DNA of 64,000 nt. Origin: Octopus sinensis. Lineage: Eukaryota. The notes below the pieces were generated by a model. The model was not told the origin of the DNA. It saw nothing but the letters and a program-made list of their open reading frames with translations, and made no database searches. The DNA lies in contig NC_043007.1 in NCBI RefSeq assembly GCF_006345805.1, forward strand, positions 18,104,001 through 18,168,000. Direction: 5' to 3'. The stretch's first letter is position 1; each line of letters begins with the position of its first letter. This document shows, piece by piece, positions 12,440-24,665 of the stretch. A program made the position numbers and the translations under genes.

Positions 12440-12910
12440 TCCAGTGAAAGTATTGACACCTCATTAAATAAATCTGAAATGAATTCAACGGTTTTCGTTT
12501 GTTCATGGTTGATGTAACTCTTAATCGATGTTAACTTCAAATTTCAAAAGAGTTTCAGATCAGGTCACTTGCTAGACAAGAAATCTGTAAGTGTTTATCG
12601 CAAATGTATTTAGCAGACATTAGCCAGATCAGGTTGCAATGGTTTATAAAAGTTGATCAATCAGAACAGTGACTCATGGTTACATCTTGTATTCTGTCAT
12701 ACTCTCATTGACATCCTAACTCACATTTTGAAATAACGCTTCAGTACACAACTTATTTTGATTAGTTGTTAGTGTTTCATGATGCACAAGGAGGAAGCAA
12801 CATAGTTGCAGCATTGAAGGACTTTCTTCCACTGTCAAATCTTTCAATTCAGTTGTTTGACTTCCATGAAGAAGAGAAAAAGGCTCTCAAGTGCAAACAA
12901 AAACAAAGAA
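12440..12910 (+). mobile_element. Possible Tc1/maT-type transposon 5' relic
   Basis: The frame GGSNIVAALKDFLPLSNLSIQLFDFHEEEKKA loosely resembles Tc1-type transposase N-termini. No clear TIR pair. Confidence 0.25.
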
Positions 12911-13044
12911 AAAAAACCTGGCTAATTGAAGAGAACTTAATAACCTTTAAGCCTTTCATTACTGTATATATTTTGAGATGTTCTGTGTTTTTTTTAATTA
13001 CTTTAAATATAACAAAGAATTTAGTAAAATAGCTTAGTTATCAT

Positions 13045-13399
13045 TAACCCTTTAGTGTTCAGATTATTCAATCAAACATAATGCCTATTGATTCCCATTG
13101 ATTTGGATTAATCATGCATTATCTCATATCTTCAAGATCTTGATGGTGTAATTACTTAATGTAGAATAACATTGTAGGGTAGGTGTGAGAGCCTGGATCT
13201 GGTCAGTTTGAACATAAAACAGATTAGTTATTTTGGCCAGATATGGCCGGTTTAAATACTAAAGGGTTAAGCTAGTGTTAGGAACATAAATTGTGACTAA
13301 TGTTTGGTGGAAGATTTTAATTCAGAACTTATGAAAACAAGACAGTTGTACTACAGAGCCAGAGGCAGTTTCAGCCAGGTTGGTATCAAAAGGGTTAAG
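13045..13399. mobile_element. Two abutting piggyBac-type MITEs
   Basis: TTAACCCTTTAG...CTAAAGGGTTAA (13045-13269), followed by an inverted fragment ending TGGTATCAAAAGGGTTAA. Confidence 0.7.
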
Positions 13400-13893
13400 C
13401 CTTTCATATTTTCTAAAACATTTACTGGTTTGTCTGTATGACTAAGAAGTTTGCTTCACTACAGGATTCTGGGTTCAGTCCTACTGTAGACACCTTGAGC
13501 AAGTATCTTCTCTACTCATAGCCCTGCCCTAGGCCAACCAAAACTGTAATGGATATTGATAAAAATGCATGTCTAACAAGTATATGAAGCATATATTTAA
13601 TGAGCAAGTGTAACCTGCAGCATAAGAATCCAGGAGAATAATACCAACTAAAATATACAGGAGAAATCAATGTTGATATGGACATTCAACATTTAACATC
13701 CATTTTTCTGTGCTTGCATTTGTTAGACAGAATTTATTGAGGTAGATTTTTTTCTATAACTAGATGTTCTTTATAGCTTTGATTGGTCTGGGCTAGTAGA
13801 AATAACGGAAACTGGAAGTATGTGTGTGTGCCCTTATCTTGACACCATGCAATGATTGTAAAAGAGCAGGAGTGGCTGTATAGTAAGCAGGAT

Positions 13894-13935
<42 letters not shown>

Positions 13936-14046
13936 CCCACACACATCTAATGTAGGATAACATTTTTATCAATGGTCAGCATATTACAAAATACCTTTAA
14001 AGGTTAAATTTATAAATAACATTATATATATATATATATATATACA

Positions 14047-14432
14047 CAGGCGCAGGGGTGGCTGTGTGGTAAGTAGCTTGCTTACCAACCACATGGTTCT
14101 GGGTTCAGTCCCACTGCGTGGCACCTTGGGCTACTATAGCCACATGCCAACCAAAGCTTTGGGTGGATTTGGTAGACGGAAACTGAAAGAAGCCTATCAT
14201 ATATATCTACATATATGTATGTGTGTGTATATGTTTGTGTGTGTGTTTGTCCCTCCAACATTGCTTGACAACCAATGCTGGTGTTTACGTCCCCATAACT
14301 TAGCGGTTTGGCAAAAGGGACAGATAGATAAAGTACTAGGCTTACAAAGAATAAGTTCTGGGGTTGATTTGCTCGGCTAAAGGTGGTGCTCCAGCATGGT
14401 CGCAGTCAAATGACTGAAACAAGTAAAAGAGT
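14047..14432 (+). mobile_element. Nin/Deu-like SINE with a small internal deletion
   Basis: Family head and tail present; GCAAGTGTCTT missing after CCTTGG. Confidence 0.8.
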
Positions 14433-14897
14433 AAGCATCATTGTCTCACACAAGTGATGATGTTTTGTTTCCTTACTTCCATGAAAAATTTATGTGGCCA
14501 CGAGAAATGTTATCTTGCTTGGAAACAGGTGTGGGTCAGTGACAGGAAGAACATCTAGTTATAGAAAATCAAATTCATCAAATTCTGTCTGACCCATGCA
14601 AGCATAGAAAAATGGATGTTAAATGAAGGATCACCACATGTCCATATCAACATTGTATATTTTAGTTGATACTACTCCCCTGGATCCCTATCCTGCAGGT
14701 TAAACTTGCTCATTAAATATGTTTCATCAAACATGCATTTTTATAGATTTTTCCATAATCAATATCTATCACTTCAGTCTGTTTTTGTAGACACAGAAAA
14801 ACCATTTGTTAACAGAGACAATGCAACTAACTATGGTTTCATAATACAAAACTATACATGTTAGTGTTTCATTTTGGATTTAAAACTGATTATAATT

Positions 14898-15124
14898 TTA
14901 ACCCTTTAGTATTTAAACCGGCCGTATCTGGCCAAAATATTTAATCTGTTTTATCTTCAAACTAACCAGATCCAGGCCCTCACACCTACCCTACAATGTT
15001 ATTCTATATTAAGTAATTACACCGTCAAGATCTTGAAGATATGAGATAATGCATGATTAATTCAAATCAATGGGAATCAATAAGCATTATGTTTGATTCA
15101 ATAATCGGAACACTAAAGGGTTAA
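14898..15124. mobile_element. piggyBac-type MITE
   Basis: TTAACCCTTTAGTATTTAAACC...AACACTAAAGGGTTAA. It is an inverted relative of 13045-13269. Confidence 0.7.
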
Positions 15125-15758
15125 GGAAGAACATCCTCATCATCATCTGTCCGTTTTCCATACTGGCAGGAGTTGGACACTTTGACAGGAGCTGGTCAGC
15201 TGGAGAGCAACACCAGGTGCCATTTGTCTGTTTTGCTATGGTTTCTATGATTGGATGCCCTTCAGAATGCCAACCACTTTACAGAGTGTACTGGGTGCTT
15301 TTTACGTGGCCTGTTTGTCTCGAGCATTAACTTCAACATGCAAAAGTTATTTTAATAAATTTCTCCCCAACTGCAATTCATTTAAATTTGGAAACGTGGG
15401 GTGTAACCGGCCCACTTATGAGTACCCCGCATTCATTGGACGATGAACTTAGCTTGCGAAGACCTATTGAGGCAAGTGTAAACAAACCTAAATCGCTGAC
15501 GTTTGTTCCTCCCACCAACATCGCTTGACAACCGATGCTGGTGTGCTTACGTCCCCGTAACTTAGCGGTTCGGCAAAAGAGACCAATAGAATAAGTACTA
15601 GGCTTACAAAGAATAAGTCCTGGGATTGATTTGCTTGACTATAGGCGGTGCTCCAGCATGGCTGCAGTCAAATGACTGAAACAAGTAAAAGAGAGTTTGG
15701 GTACATGTTGCAAGAAACAGCAAGGTTTCCTTCTCTAATGCTTTACATAGTTCAACAG

Positions 15759-16126
15759 TGGAGGCGCAATGGCCCAGTGGTTAGGTCGTAGGATCGCGGG
15801 TTCGATTCCCAGACCGGGCGTTGTGAGTGTTTATTGAGCGAAAACACCTAAAAGCTCCACGAGGCTCCGGCAGGAATGGTGGTGATCCCTGCTGTACTCT
15901 TTCACCACAACTTTCTCTCACTCTTACTTCCTGTTTCTGTTGTACCTGTATTTCAAAGGGCCGGCCTTGTCACTCTGTGTCACGCTGAATATCCCCGAGA
16001 ACTGCGTTAAGGGTACACGGGTCTGTGGAGTGCTCAGCCACTTACACGTTAATTTCACGAGCAGGCTGTTCCGTTGATCGGATCAACCGGAACCCTCGTC
16101 GTCGTAACCAACGGATTGCTTCCACC
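15759..16126 (+). mobile_element. Ceph-like tRNA-derived SINE with a 14-bp TSD
   Basis: tRNA-like head GTGGAGGCGCAATGGCCCAGTGGTTAGG...GGGTTCGATTCCC (partly deleted). TSD ACATAGTTCAACAG at 15745-15758 and 16127-16140. Confidence 0.85.
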
Positions 16127-16214
16127 ACATAGTTCAACAGGTTTCAGTCACTGAAACATGCTCCCTCAGAGAGTGCTATTGCAAACTTACACAAGTGAAT
16201 GGAGGAAAAACAAA

Positions 16215-16675
16215 ATAGGAATTTTGAAAGAAGTATCAGAAAAACTACTTTTTAAACATTGAATGGCTATAGGGGTCCACCAGAATAAAATACTAACCAA
16301 AGGGATTCATCATCATCGTCGTCGTTTAACGTCCGCTTTCCATGCTAGCATGGGTTGGACGGTTCGACCGGGGTCTAGGAAGCCAGGAGGCTGCACCAGG
16401 CTTCAGTCTGATCTGGCAATGTTTCTACAGCTGGATGCCCTTCCAAACGCCAACCACTCCGTGAGTGTAGTGGGTGCTTTTTACGTGCCACCGGCACAGG
16501 GGCCAGAGGGGGTTGGCAAACAGCCACTATCGGTTAGTGCTTTTACGTGTCACCGACACAAATGCCAGTCAGACGGCGCTGGCATCTGCCACGTTCAGAC
16601 GGTGCTTCTTTACGTGTCACTGGCACGGGTATCTTAACTACAATTTCATAGGTAAAAAATGGTTGAGAACCCCTG
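16215..16675. mobile_element. hAT-type MITE interrupted by an RTE 3' UTR copy (-, about 16308-16640)
   Basis: GGGGTCCACCAGAATAAAATACTAACCAAAGGG on the left and GGTTGAGAACCCCTG end on the right. The insert is the reverse complement of the RTE UTR. Confidence 0.6.
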
Positions 16676-16836
16676 ATATATCCAACTGCATCTATATTTA
16701 ACTAAAATTTTGAAGTTATCTTCCTTGCCTTTTTCAACCAGAGTTAGCTAAATGATTTGTTCTCGTCACTAAGGGTGTCATTTTAATTAATATTTCTTGG
16801 TTTACTGTATCAAGTATGCAAACAGTCACTTTACTA

Positions 16837-17063
16837 TTAACCCTTTTGATACCAGCCCAGCTGAAACCGCCTCTGGCTCTATAGTACAAATGTCTTGTTT
16901 TCATAAGTTTTGAATTAAAATCTACCAAACCTTAGTCGCAATTTATGTTCCTTAGACCAGCTTAATGATAACTAAGTTATTTTACTAAATTCTTTATTAT
17001 ATTTAAAATTTATTGAAGGAAACACAGAGCATCTCAAAATAAATGCGGTAACGAAAGGGTTAA
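16837..17063. mobile_element. piggyBac-type MITE monomer
   Basis: TTAACCCTTTTGATACC...AACGAAAGGGTTAA; same family as the array units. Confidence 0.75.
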
Positions 17064-17513
17064 TATACAGTAAATCTGCTAGCTCTATTCTTGTGGTGGT
17101 ATCTATAGGAATATCTTATCAACTGAAGAATGTTTTTAAACTACAATGGTTTTTCAGCATAGAAACAACAAATACAGTTTGACTCAGTTAAAAAACTAAA
17201 TAAACTGTAGTAGGAATTTATAGTTAGATGCTATAAATTACCGCCAACCATTTCACACAGACAACATTAATGTTTTTCTTGGAATTCAAAATTTACAAGA
17301 TGGAAAAAATCTAAATAAATATATTTAGTTCTGTCACCCATAATAACACCATATTAAGCAGAATTCATCATTAGCATTATCAACATAATAATTATTATTA
17401 TTGGCTTTATTGCAATTTTCCATGTCAGTATAAGATTGAATAAATATTGTTTATTTTAGAAGGAATAATAAGAACGTTCATAAACATCTTTATTATTCTA
17501 TAATTTGCAAAAT

Positions 17514-18235
17514 CTACATGGAAGAATCAAAATCATACACACTCTTGTATTTTCAATGTATTTACACAAAAGCTGGGATAAACAAGTACGTCATTTTTTT
17601 ATATAGTCTTGTTCTTTATCAATGCACTTGGTCCAGCAGCCCACAAGCTTGCATATTCCCTCCAAGAGTGGAGGCACATGGCCAAGTGGTTAGAGCAGCG
17701 GACTCACGGTTGAGGGATTGCGAGTTCGAATCTCAGACCGGGTGATGTGTGTGTTTATGAGTGAAACACCTAAGCTCCACGCGGCTCCGGCAGAAAGTAA
17801 TGGCAAAATTCTGCTGACTCTTTCGCCACAACTTTCTCTCAGTCTTTCCTCCTGTATCTTGCAGCTCACCTGCGACAGACCGGCGTTCCGTCCAGGTGGG
17901 GAACCTATATGCCAAGGAAACCGGCCCTTATGAGCTAGGTGTGGCTCAAGAAGGAACAAACAATCCCCTCCAAGAAGAAGGTTTACGATTAGTCATGCAA
18001 CCATTTATACATTGCTTCCTTCACATCTTCATTCATAGGAAATCAATGACCTCTTAAACCATCTTTGAACAGTCCAAAAATATAATAGTCAGAAGGGGCG
18101 AGACCTGGGCTTTAAGGCAGGGTGTTCCAGCACCTCAAAACCCAATTGCCTGATGGTTTCAAAGGTCTGGGCAGCTGTGTGTGGGCATGTATTGTCATAC
18201 AACAACAAAACTTTCTTTGACAATAGGCTTCGGTA
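17514..18235 (-). mobile_element. Decayed mariner (DD34D-type) transposase 3' part, interrupted by a SINE
   Basis: Minus frames give LLLYDNTCPHTAAQTFETIRQLGFEVLEHP / DLAPSDYYIFG / EGICKLVGCWTKCIDKEQDYIKK*, matching the mariner HDNARPH...YSPDLAPSDY...RW.KC motifs. TIR-like end near 17514. Confidence 0.85.
17668..17965 (+). mobile_element. Ceph-like SINE nested in the mariner relic
   Basis: tRNA-like head and 10-bp TSD CCCTCCAAGA (17658-17667; 17966-17975). Confidence 0.85.
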
Positions 18236-19889
18236 TTTGGTGAGAACTGCTGGCTTCAGTTGGCTGACCAGCTAAGCACTGTACCTTGCACTGTTTATTA
18301 TACACATTGCTAGAATTTCTTCTGTCCTTATTTTCTGAATTCAAATGCCGTTGAGGTTGACAAAATAAGTACCAGTTGAGCACTGGGGTTAATGTAATCA
18401 ACTTAGCCTCTCCACTGAAATTGCTGACCTTGTGCCAAAATTTGAAACCATTATTATTATTATTATTATTATTATTAAGGTAGTGAGCTGGTAGAATCAT
18501 TAGCTGCTGCGTTCTGAGTTCAAATTCCACCAAGGTCAACCTTGCCTTTCATCCTTTCAGGGTTGATGAAATAAGTAGCAGTTATGTACTGGGGTCGATG
18601 TAATCAACTAGCCCCCTTCTCCCACAAAGTTTCAAAGCCATTTGCCTGGAGTAGAAACAATAATTATTATTTGTTATTATTATTGAGTCAGAGAGCAGTG
18701 CATGCCATCAGTGACATTATTATTATTATTATTATTATATAACATTTGTCCAATTAGGAAAAAAAAAACTAGAGCTTAACAAAAACTATTGCCAAGAATT
18801 TAGTTTTAAATTGTATTTACTTTAAATTCCAACATTGTATATGATAAAAACGTCAATCAAAATTTTAAACTTAGGCGATTCTGCCTCCACATATTTGTAT
18901 GAATCTGAAATTTCAATTAACCCATATAATAGTAGAGGCCACTCCTGGCTTTTTGATACAAAACCACTTGCTTTAATGTGTTCATTTATGTTTAAATTAA
19001 AACTTCCCAACTTTAATTCATCTAAGAACCCTTCCATTGAATTGTGAAAATATAACAAAGGTTAATATATAAATTAACGCATTTGATACTATCCTAACTG
19101 AAACTGCCTCTGGTCCTATGATACAAACTTCAAGATTTAATTTGTTCCAAACACCAAATTAATAAGGACAAAGTTACTTTACTAAATTCTTCATTATTTT
19201 GAAAATTAATTGACACAAAGGCAATGTGTTTATATAGAAATATGGTAATAAAAGGCTAATGGAATTTATTCATACCCTCCAAAACCTTGCAAATTATTTC
19301 AAAATCAATTGCAATCACCAGTTTATATTGTTGGAGGTACATTCATGGGAGAACCATTTTAACATGTTAACTGTCACGGCCTATTACTGGAACTTAGCAG
19401 TGATGCCACGTGTTTTATGCGGTCACACTGCACACAGTTTAATTAATTACAAGGAAATGGAATTTTAATTCTTTTTGCATTTTTACAATATTTCATAATT
19501 ATTAAACTTTAATACTTAACACTCAAATATCCTTGAAACCACATCAAAGATACAGAACAAAATATTTCCTCAAATTATGCAAAAGGCACTACAGGTGGTG
19601 CATATGGTGGCTGTGTGAAGTCTGCGATGAACCACTGTTATATATATGTTAACAAAACCCCAATCCACAACAAGATATTCTCTTGTTTGTTTCAGTCATT
19701 TGACTGCGGCCATGCTGGAGCACCGCCTTGAAGGATTTTAGTCGAACAAAACCCAGGACTTATTTTTAAAGCCTAGTATTTATTCTATCAGTTTCTTTTG
19801 CCAAACCACTAGGTTACGGGGACTTAAACACATCAACAACGATTGTCAAGCGGTGATGGGGGATCAAATACAGATACACACACACATAG

Positions 19890-19946
<57 letters not shown>

Positions 19947-19947
<1 letters not shown>

Positions 19948-20328
19948 TAGCAGTATCGCCCGGCGTTGCTCAGGTTTGTAAGGGAAATAACTATAAAGCA
20001 TTTTAGAGAGTTATAGCCAAAAAATAGCAAAAAAATGGAAAAAAATGATGGTAAATTTTTTTGAGAGTGAAAAAAGGTGGAGTTGCGTCCCCTAGACAGT
20101 TTGCGGTTTGTGTTTCTGATTCTCGACCCTATATCGAATTTATCGATTTTTTTCAGAACTGGGGGAACTTTTCAAAATTTTCGCTACGTTAGTTTTGAAT
20201 TATGACATTGGGCTATGTGTGTGTCAAGTTTCATCAGAATCGGTTGAAAGCCGTGGTCAGGGTGAGGGTACAAGCAAACAGACACACAGAAACACACACA
20301 GACAAACTGCCGTTTATATATAGAGAGA
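19947..20328 (-). mobile_element. Non-autonomous Helitron
   Basis: On the minus strand: 5' TCTCTCTATATATAAA, subterminal hairpin CC.GAGCAACGCCGGG and 3' CTAG, next to (TA)n. Confidence 0.75.
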
Positions 20329-20329
20329 T

Positions 20330-20640
20330 TACGTCATGTGATCACGTGACCGACCAGGCTATCAGATGTTGCTACACATCGCTGGTCACAATGCGCTTTG
20401 CATTGTTTTAGCCTTCAAATGACACCACCCCGCCGGCTAAGCAAGCAGGCCAACAGAAGAAAGAGTGAGAGAAAGTTGTGGCAAAAGAGTACAGCAGGGA
20501 TCACCCCCCCCCCCCCCTGCCGGGGCCTTGTAGAGCTTTTAGGTGTTTTCGCTCAATAATCACAATGCTCAGTCTGGGAATCGAAACTGTGATCCTACGA
20601 CCGCAAGTCTGCTGCCCTAACCACTCGGCCATTACACCTC

Positions 20641-20642
<2 letters not shown>
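20330..20642 (-). mobile_element. Ceph-like SINE, alternative-tail variant
   Basis: tRNA-like head and Ceph-like core, followed by a different 3' tail from the other copies. Confidence 0.7.
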
Positions 20643-20678
<36 letters not shown>

Positions 20679-21819
20679 GGTGCAGTCTTCTGCCTGGCCA
20701 GCTCCTGTCAAACTGTCCAACCCATGCCAGTATGAGAGGTGAGCATAAAGCAATGATGACGATGATGAAATTATATATATTCAATTAAAATTGAACCAAA
20801 TTAGATGACTGGCATCCATGCCAGTGGAGCACTAACAGCTCCATCCGAGCGAGATCACTGCCAGAGCAGCTGACTGGCTTCCGTACTGGTGGCACGTAAA
20901 AGGGAATCTGGTGATAGAAAAGCTGTCTCAATAAACTTTGACTAGTGCCTGCATTGAAAAGTGGACATTTGATGGCAATGTTTCTATGATTCACTAAAAG
21001 CCACTAATGACCAAGCCCCAGCAAAGCCACAGACCAATAAATAAAACCAGTAAAAGAACTCTACTTGTTAGACATGTGGTCACAAAAGAGTGCAAGTATT
21101 TTCTAAAACTTATTAAGTGATGAAAGTAGTGATGTAATTTTCCCTTTTCGGTAAGGGCCATTCTGAGACTAGCGCTAGTTCTATGACCTCATTTACGTGA
21201 TCAAGCATAAAGAGAGGAAACGGTAAGTGAGTCACTGAAAGTCTTGGTATAAAAGTAAGCAGTTAATTGAAAACATAGCTGCATTGAAGCAATGATGAAC
21301 GAACGAACGAACGAACGAACGAACACACACACACACACGCACACACATATATATATAGTAGAGATTATTCAGAAGATAAGTCCATCATGGGAAAATGAAA
21401 AACATGACATGGAAAAAATTGGAAAAAAAATATGAAGTTTACATGGCAACTATATTGAAAGACATGGCTTCTCTAAATACACACAAACATGCACAAATTG
21501 TGAAGATAATTACAAAAACCTAAATTTAAATGATAACAGAAACCTAAAAATATTCTTTAGCATCCAGATTACTCTATCAAATGTAATGCTTATTTATTCA
21601 CGATGTTTCGAATTAATCATGTATAATCTCATAGATTTGATACTGCAATGAGGTGATTGCATATTTTTAGAATGACTTTGTAGGGTAGGTGTGAGAGGCT
21701 GGATATGGCCAATTTCAACATAAAACAGGCAGGCGTAAATGGTAGTGAGTTAAAATAAAACAAAGCTGGGGGGAGGGGGAGTACATGTACACATGCCTAT
21801 ATCAATATATGTGTACGTA

Positions 21820-21854
<35 letters not shown>

Positions 21855-21855
<1 letters not shown>

Positions 21856-22017
21856 GGCATAGGAGTGGCTGTGTGATAAGTAGCTTGCTTACGAACGACA
21901 TGGTTCCGGGTTCAGTCCCACTGCGTGGCACCTTGGGCAAGTGTCTTCTACTTTAGCCTCGGGCCAACCAAAGCCTTGTGAGTGGATTTGGTAGACGGAA
22001 ACTGAAAGAAGCTCTTC

Positions 22018-22055
<38 letters not shown>

Positions 22056-22250
22056 GTATGTATGTATGTGTGTCTGTCCCCCAACATCGTTTGACAACTG
22101 ATGCTGGCATATCTACATCCCCATAACTTAGCGGTTCAGCAAAAGAGACCGATAGAATAAGTACCAGGCTTACAAAGAATAAGTCATGTGGTCGATTTAC
22201 TCGACTAAAGGCTGTGCTCCAGTCGCATGATTGAAACAAATAAAAGAGTA
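21855..22250 (+). mobile_element. Nin/Deu-like SINE
   Basis: Family head, core, internal (TA)n and tail. Confidence 0.85.
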
Positions 22251-22557
22251 TATATATACACACATATGTATTATAAGTGTGTGTGTGTATGTGTGTATAT
22301 ATACAGGAGGCTGGTGGTGTGGCAAAGGAAACTAGATGTAGATGAATGACTTGTGAGAGAGATAACATCAGTAATGAAAAGAGTTGGCAAGGAGTTCAGT
22401 AATCTAGCATACATCTTGGTGTCATCAGAGTTCAAATCTAGACACATTATTATTCTTCTTCAAGTCATAACAGAAGAGCTTGCGTGCTCCTGACATAGTT
22501 TCCAAAGTTGAATCTGTTAAAGAGAAAATTTTCCAAATATGGAAGTAAAGCCTACAA

Positions 22558-22912
22558 CAGTAGTTCCCAACCTTTTCACTACCAAGGACCCCTTTTATTT
22601 AAACAAGTTTTCTCACAGATCCCTTTTAATATGCTTATCTATACATGTTTCATTTTTGGATTTGGTTTGCAAGATTCTTTATATGAGTTCGTGTGTTGAA
22701 GCATATTCTGTTGTGTCTGGGGAGAGTCATTTTCTTTTTGTGCCTTATGATTTAATACACTCACCGATAAAATTTCCACTTATTTCTTATTTTTATTTTC
22801 CTAAAATATTCGTTGCGCCTTGCAACCTTTGCAATAGTCTATATATGAAATTTTGAATTTAGTTCATGGACCCCCAGTACTACCTTTGCAGACCACAGGA
22901 TGGGAACCACTA
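22558..22912. mobile_element. hAT (Charlie-like) MITE
   Basis: Ends CAGTAGTTCCCAAC / GGGAACCACTA; 8-bp TSD GCCTACAA / GCCTGCAA. Confidence 0.7.
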
Positions 22913-24339
22913 GCCTGCAACCAAGATGCTTTAACCCTTTTGATACCAACCCAGCTGCAACCGCCTCTGGCTCTGTAGTACAAATGTTTTGTTTGCAAAA
23001 GTTTTGAATTAAAATCTTCCACCAAGCCTTAGTCACAATTTATGTTCCTAACACTAGATTAATGATAACTAAGTTATTTTACTAAATTCTTTGTTATATT
23101 TAAAATTGAACGAAACACAGAACATATGAATGTCTTGTGAGAGTCATGCAAGTCATGTGCAAGAATACTGTCAATAAATGAGAATTAGCAATGAGGTCAA
23201 CGAGAAATTTGGCATGCAGATGGGTTTCATCAGATCTCAGCTGTCAGCTTTCGAATATTTCTTATAGTTTATTCAGGCCATAACAGATGAATTTAAGATG
23301 AGCTAACTGAAGGAATTTTTGTATGTAGACACAAGCATGGGTGCGTGGTAAAGAAACTTGCTTCTCAGCAAAGAGGTTCTGGGTTCGGCCCCACTGTGCA
23401 GCACCTTGAGCAAGTGTTTTTTACTACAGCTCTAGGCTAACCAAAGCCTTGTGAGTGGGTTTCATCATCATCATCATTTAGCATCCGCTTTCCATGCTAG
23501 CATGGGTTGGACGGTTCAACTGGGGTCTGGGAAGCCAGAAGGCTGCACCAGGCCCAGTCTGATCTGGCAGTGTTTCTACGGCTGAATTCCCTTCCTAACG
23601 CCAACTTGATTTGATAGATGGGAATTGAAAGTTTATCATGAGTGTGTGTGTGTGTATTTGTGTGTACTCTTGTCTAGACACCATGTGTTGGTTGTCGAAT
23701 GATCATCACTATCACACAAATGAGGCTGTTCGTTTCCAGTCTTCCGTGGAAACCATGTCTGTCAATGGGAAAATATTACCTTGCTGGGAAATAGATGAGG
23801 GTTGGTGACAGGAAGAGTATCCGGCTGTAGAAAATCTGTCTCGACAAATTCCATCTGACTCATGCAAGCATGGAAAAGTGGAGGTTTGATGATGATGATA
23901 CTATAAGTGCCTAATTGGTTGAAGAATTCCAAATATGAAAACAAGAGTTTAGGCAAACATTTCAAATAACAGTAATGAAGCCTGAACCATAACCATTTCA
24001 GGAGAGGATTACGCCCAATATAAAGAAAAGGAATGGGTAGAAGTGCCAGATTATTCTTTCATACTCTTTCACTTGTTTCAATCACTTGACTGTGGCCATG
24101 CTGGAGCACCGCCTTTAGTCGAGCAAATTAACTCCAGGACTTATTCTTTGTAAGCCTAGTACTTATTCTATTGGTCTCCTCTTGCTGAACCGCTAGGTTA
24201 CAGGGACGTAAACACACCAGCATCGGTTGTCAAGCGATGACGGGGGGACAAATACAGACACACAAACATATATATACTGCGTGTGTACCGTTGGCAATTT
24301 TTTTCCTCTGTCTTCTCTTCTCTGGATCTTTCCTTCTAT

Positions 24340-24374
24340 GTTTCCAACGAAGAGCTCCGCTCGAAACGTTAAAC
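24340..24374 (+). ncRNA. Degenerate minimal type I hammerhead ribozyme motif (Penelope-type terminus)
   Basis: GTTT-c(CAA)CGA-A-GAGC-TCC-GCTC-GAAA-CGTT-AAAC. Stems I and II pair, but the core reads CCAACGA instead of CTGANGA. Confidence 0.55.
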
Positions 24375-24475
24375 CCTCCTTCTTTCCTGAGCATCCAATA
24401 ATACTATATTTGTTCCACGTCCTCGCATTGTTGTGTTTTTTTTTTGTGCTTTCATGTTTGGATTAACTTTATTTA

Positions 24476-24520
<45 letters not shown>

Positions 24521-24665
24521 AAAAAATGAAGTTTGAAAATGCTGCTATATTAGACAAATTTTAATTTAACATGTTTCGGTTCTTGAAATAACGAACATTA
24601 TCAAAAAAATTTTTTTATATATAATAAAGAGAGTCCATGCTATATGTTTAAAGAGTATGATGTAA

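Noticed and set aside
12726-12880. Minus-strand open frame ending at AAT|GTGAGT
   Set aside because: There is no convincing acceptor, and the region looks like a Tc1-type relic on the other strand.
16191-16290. Minus-strand exon candidate (…IQCLKSSFSDTSFKIPILFF…|GTAAGT)
   Set aside because: It lies mostly inside a hAT-type MITE fragment.
18822-19058. Overlapping 70-78 aa ORFs on both strands
   Set aside because: No motif and no consistent splice pair; part of it overlaps a MITE fragment.
21130-21300. TATAAAAG plus TGAGTCA, promoter-like
   Set aside because: Short motifs like these are expected by chance in AT-rich DNA, and no downstream gene is supported.
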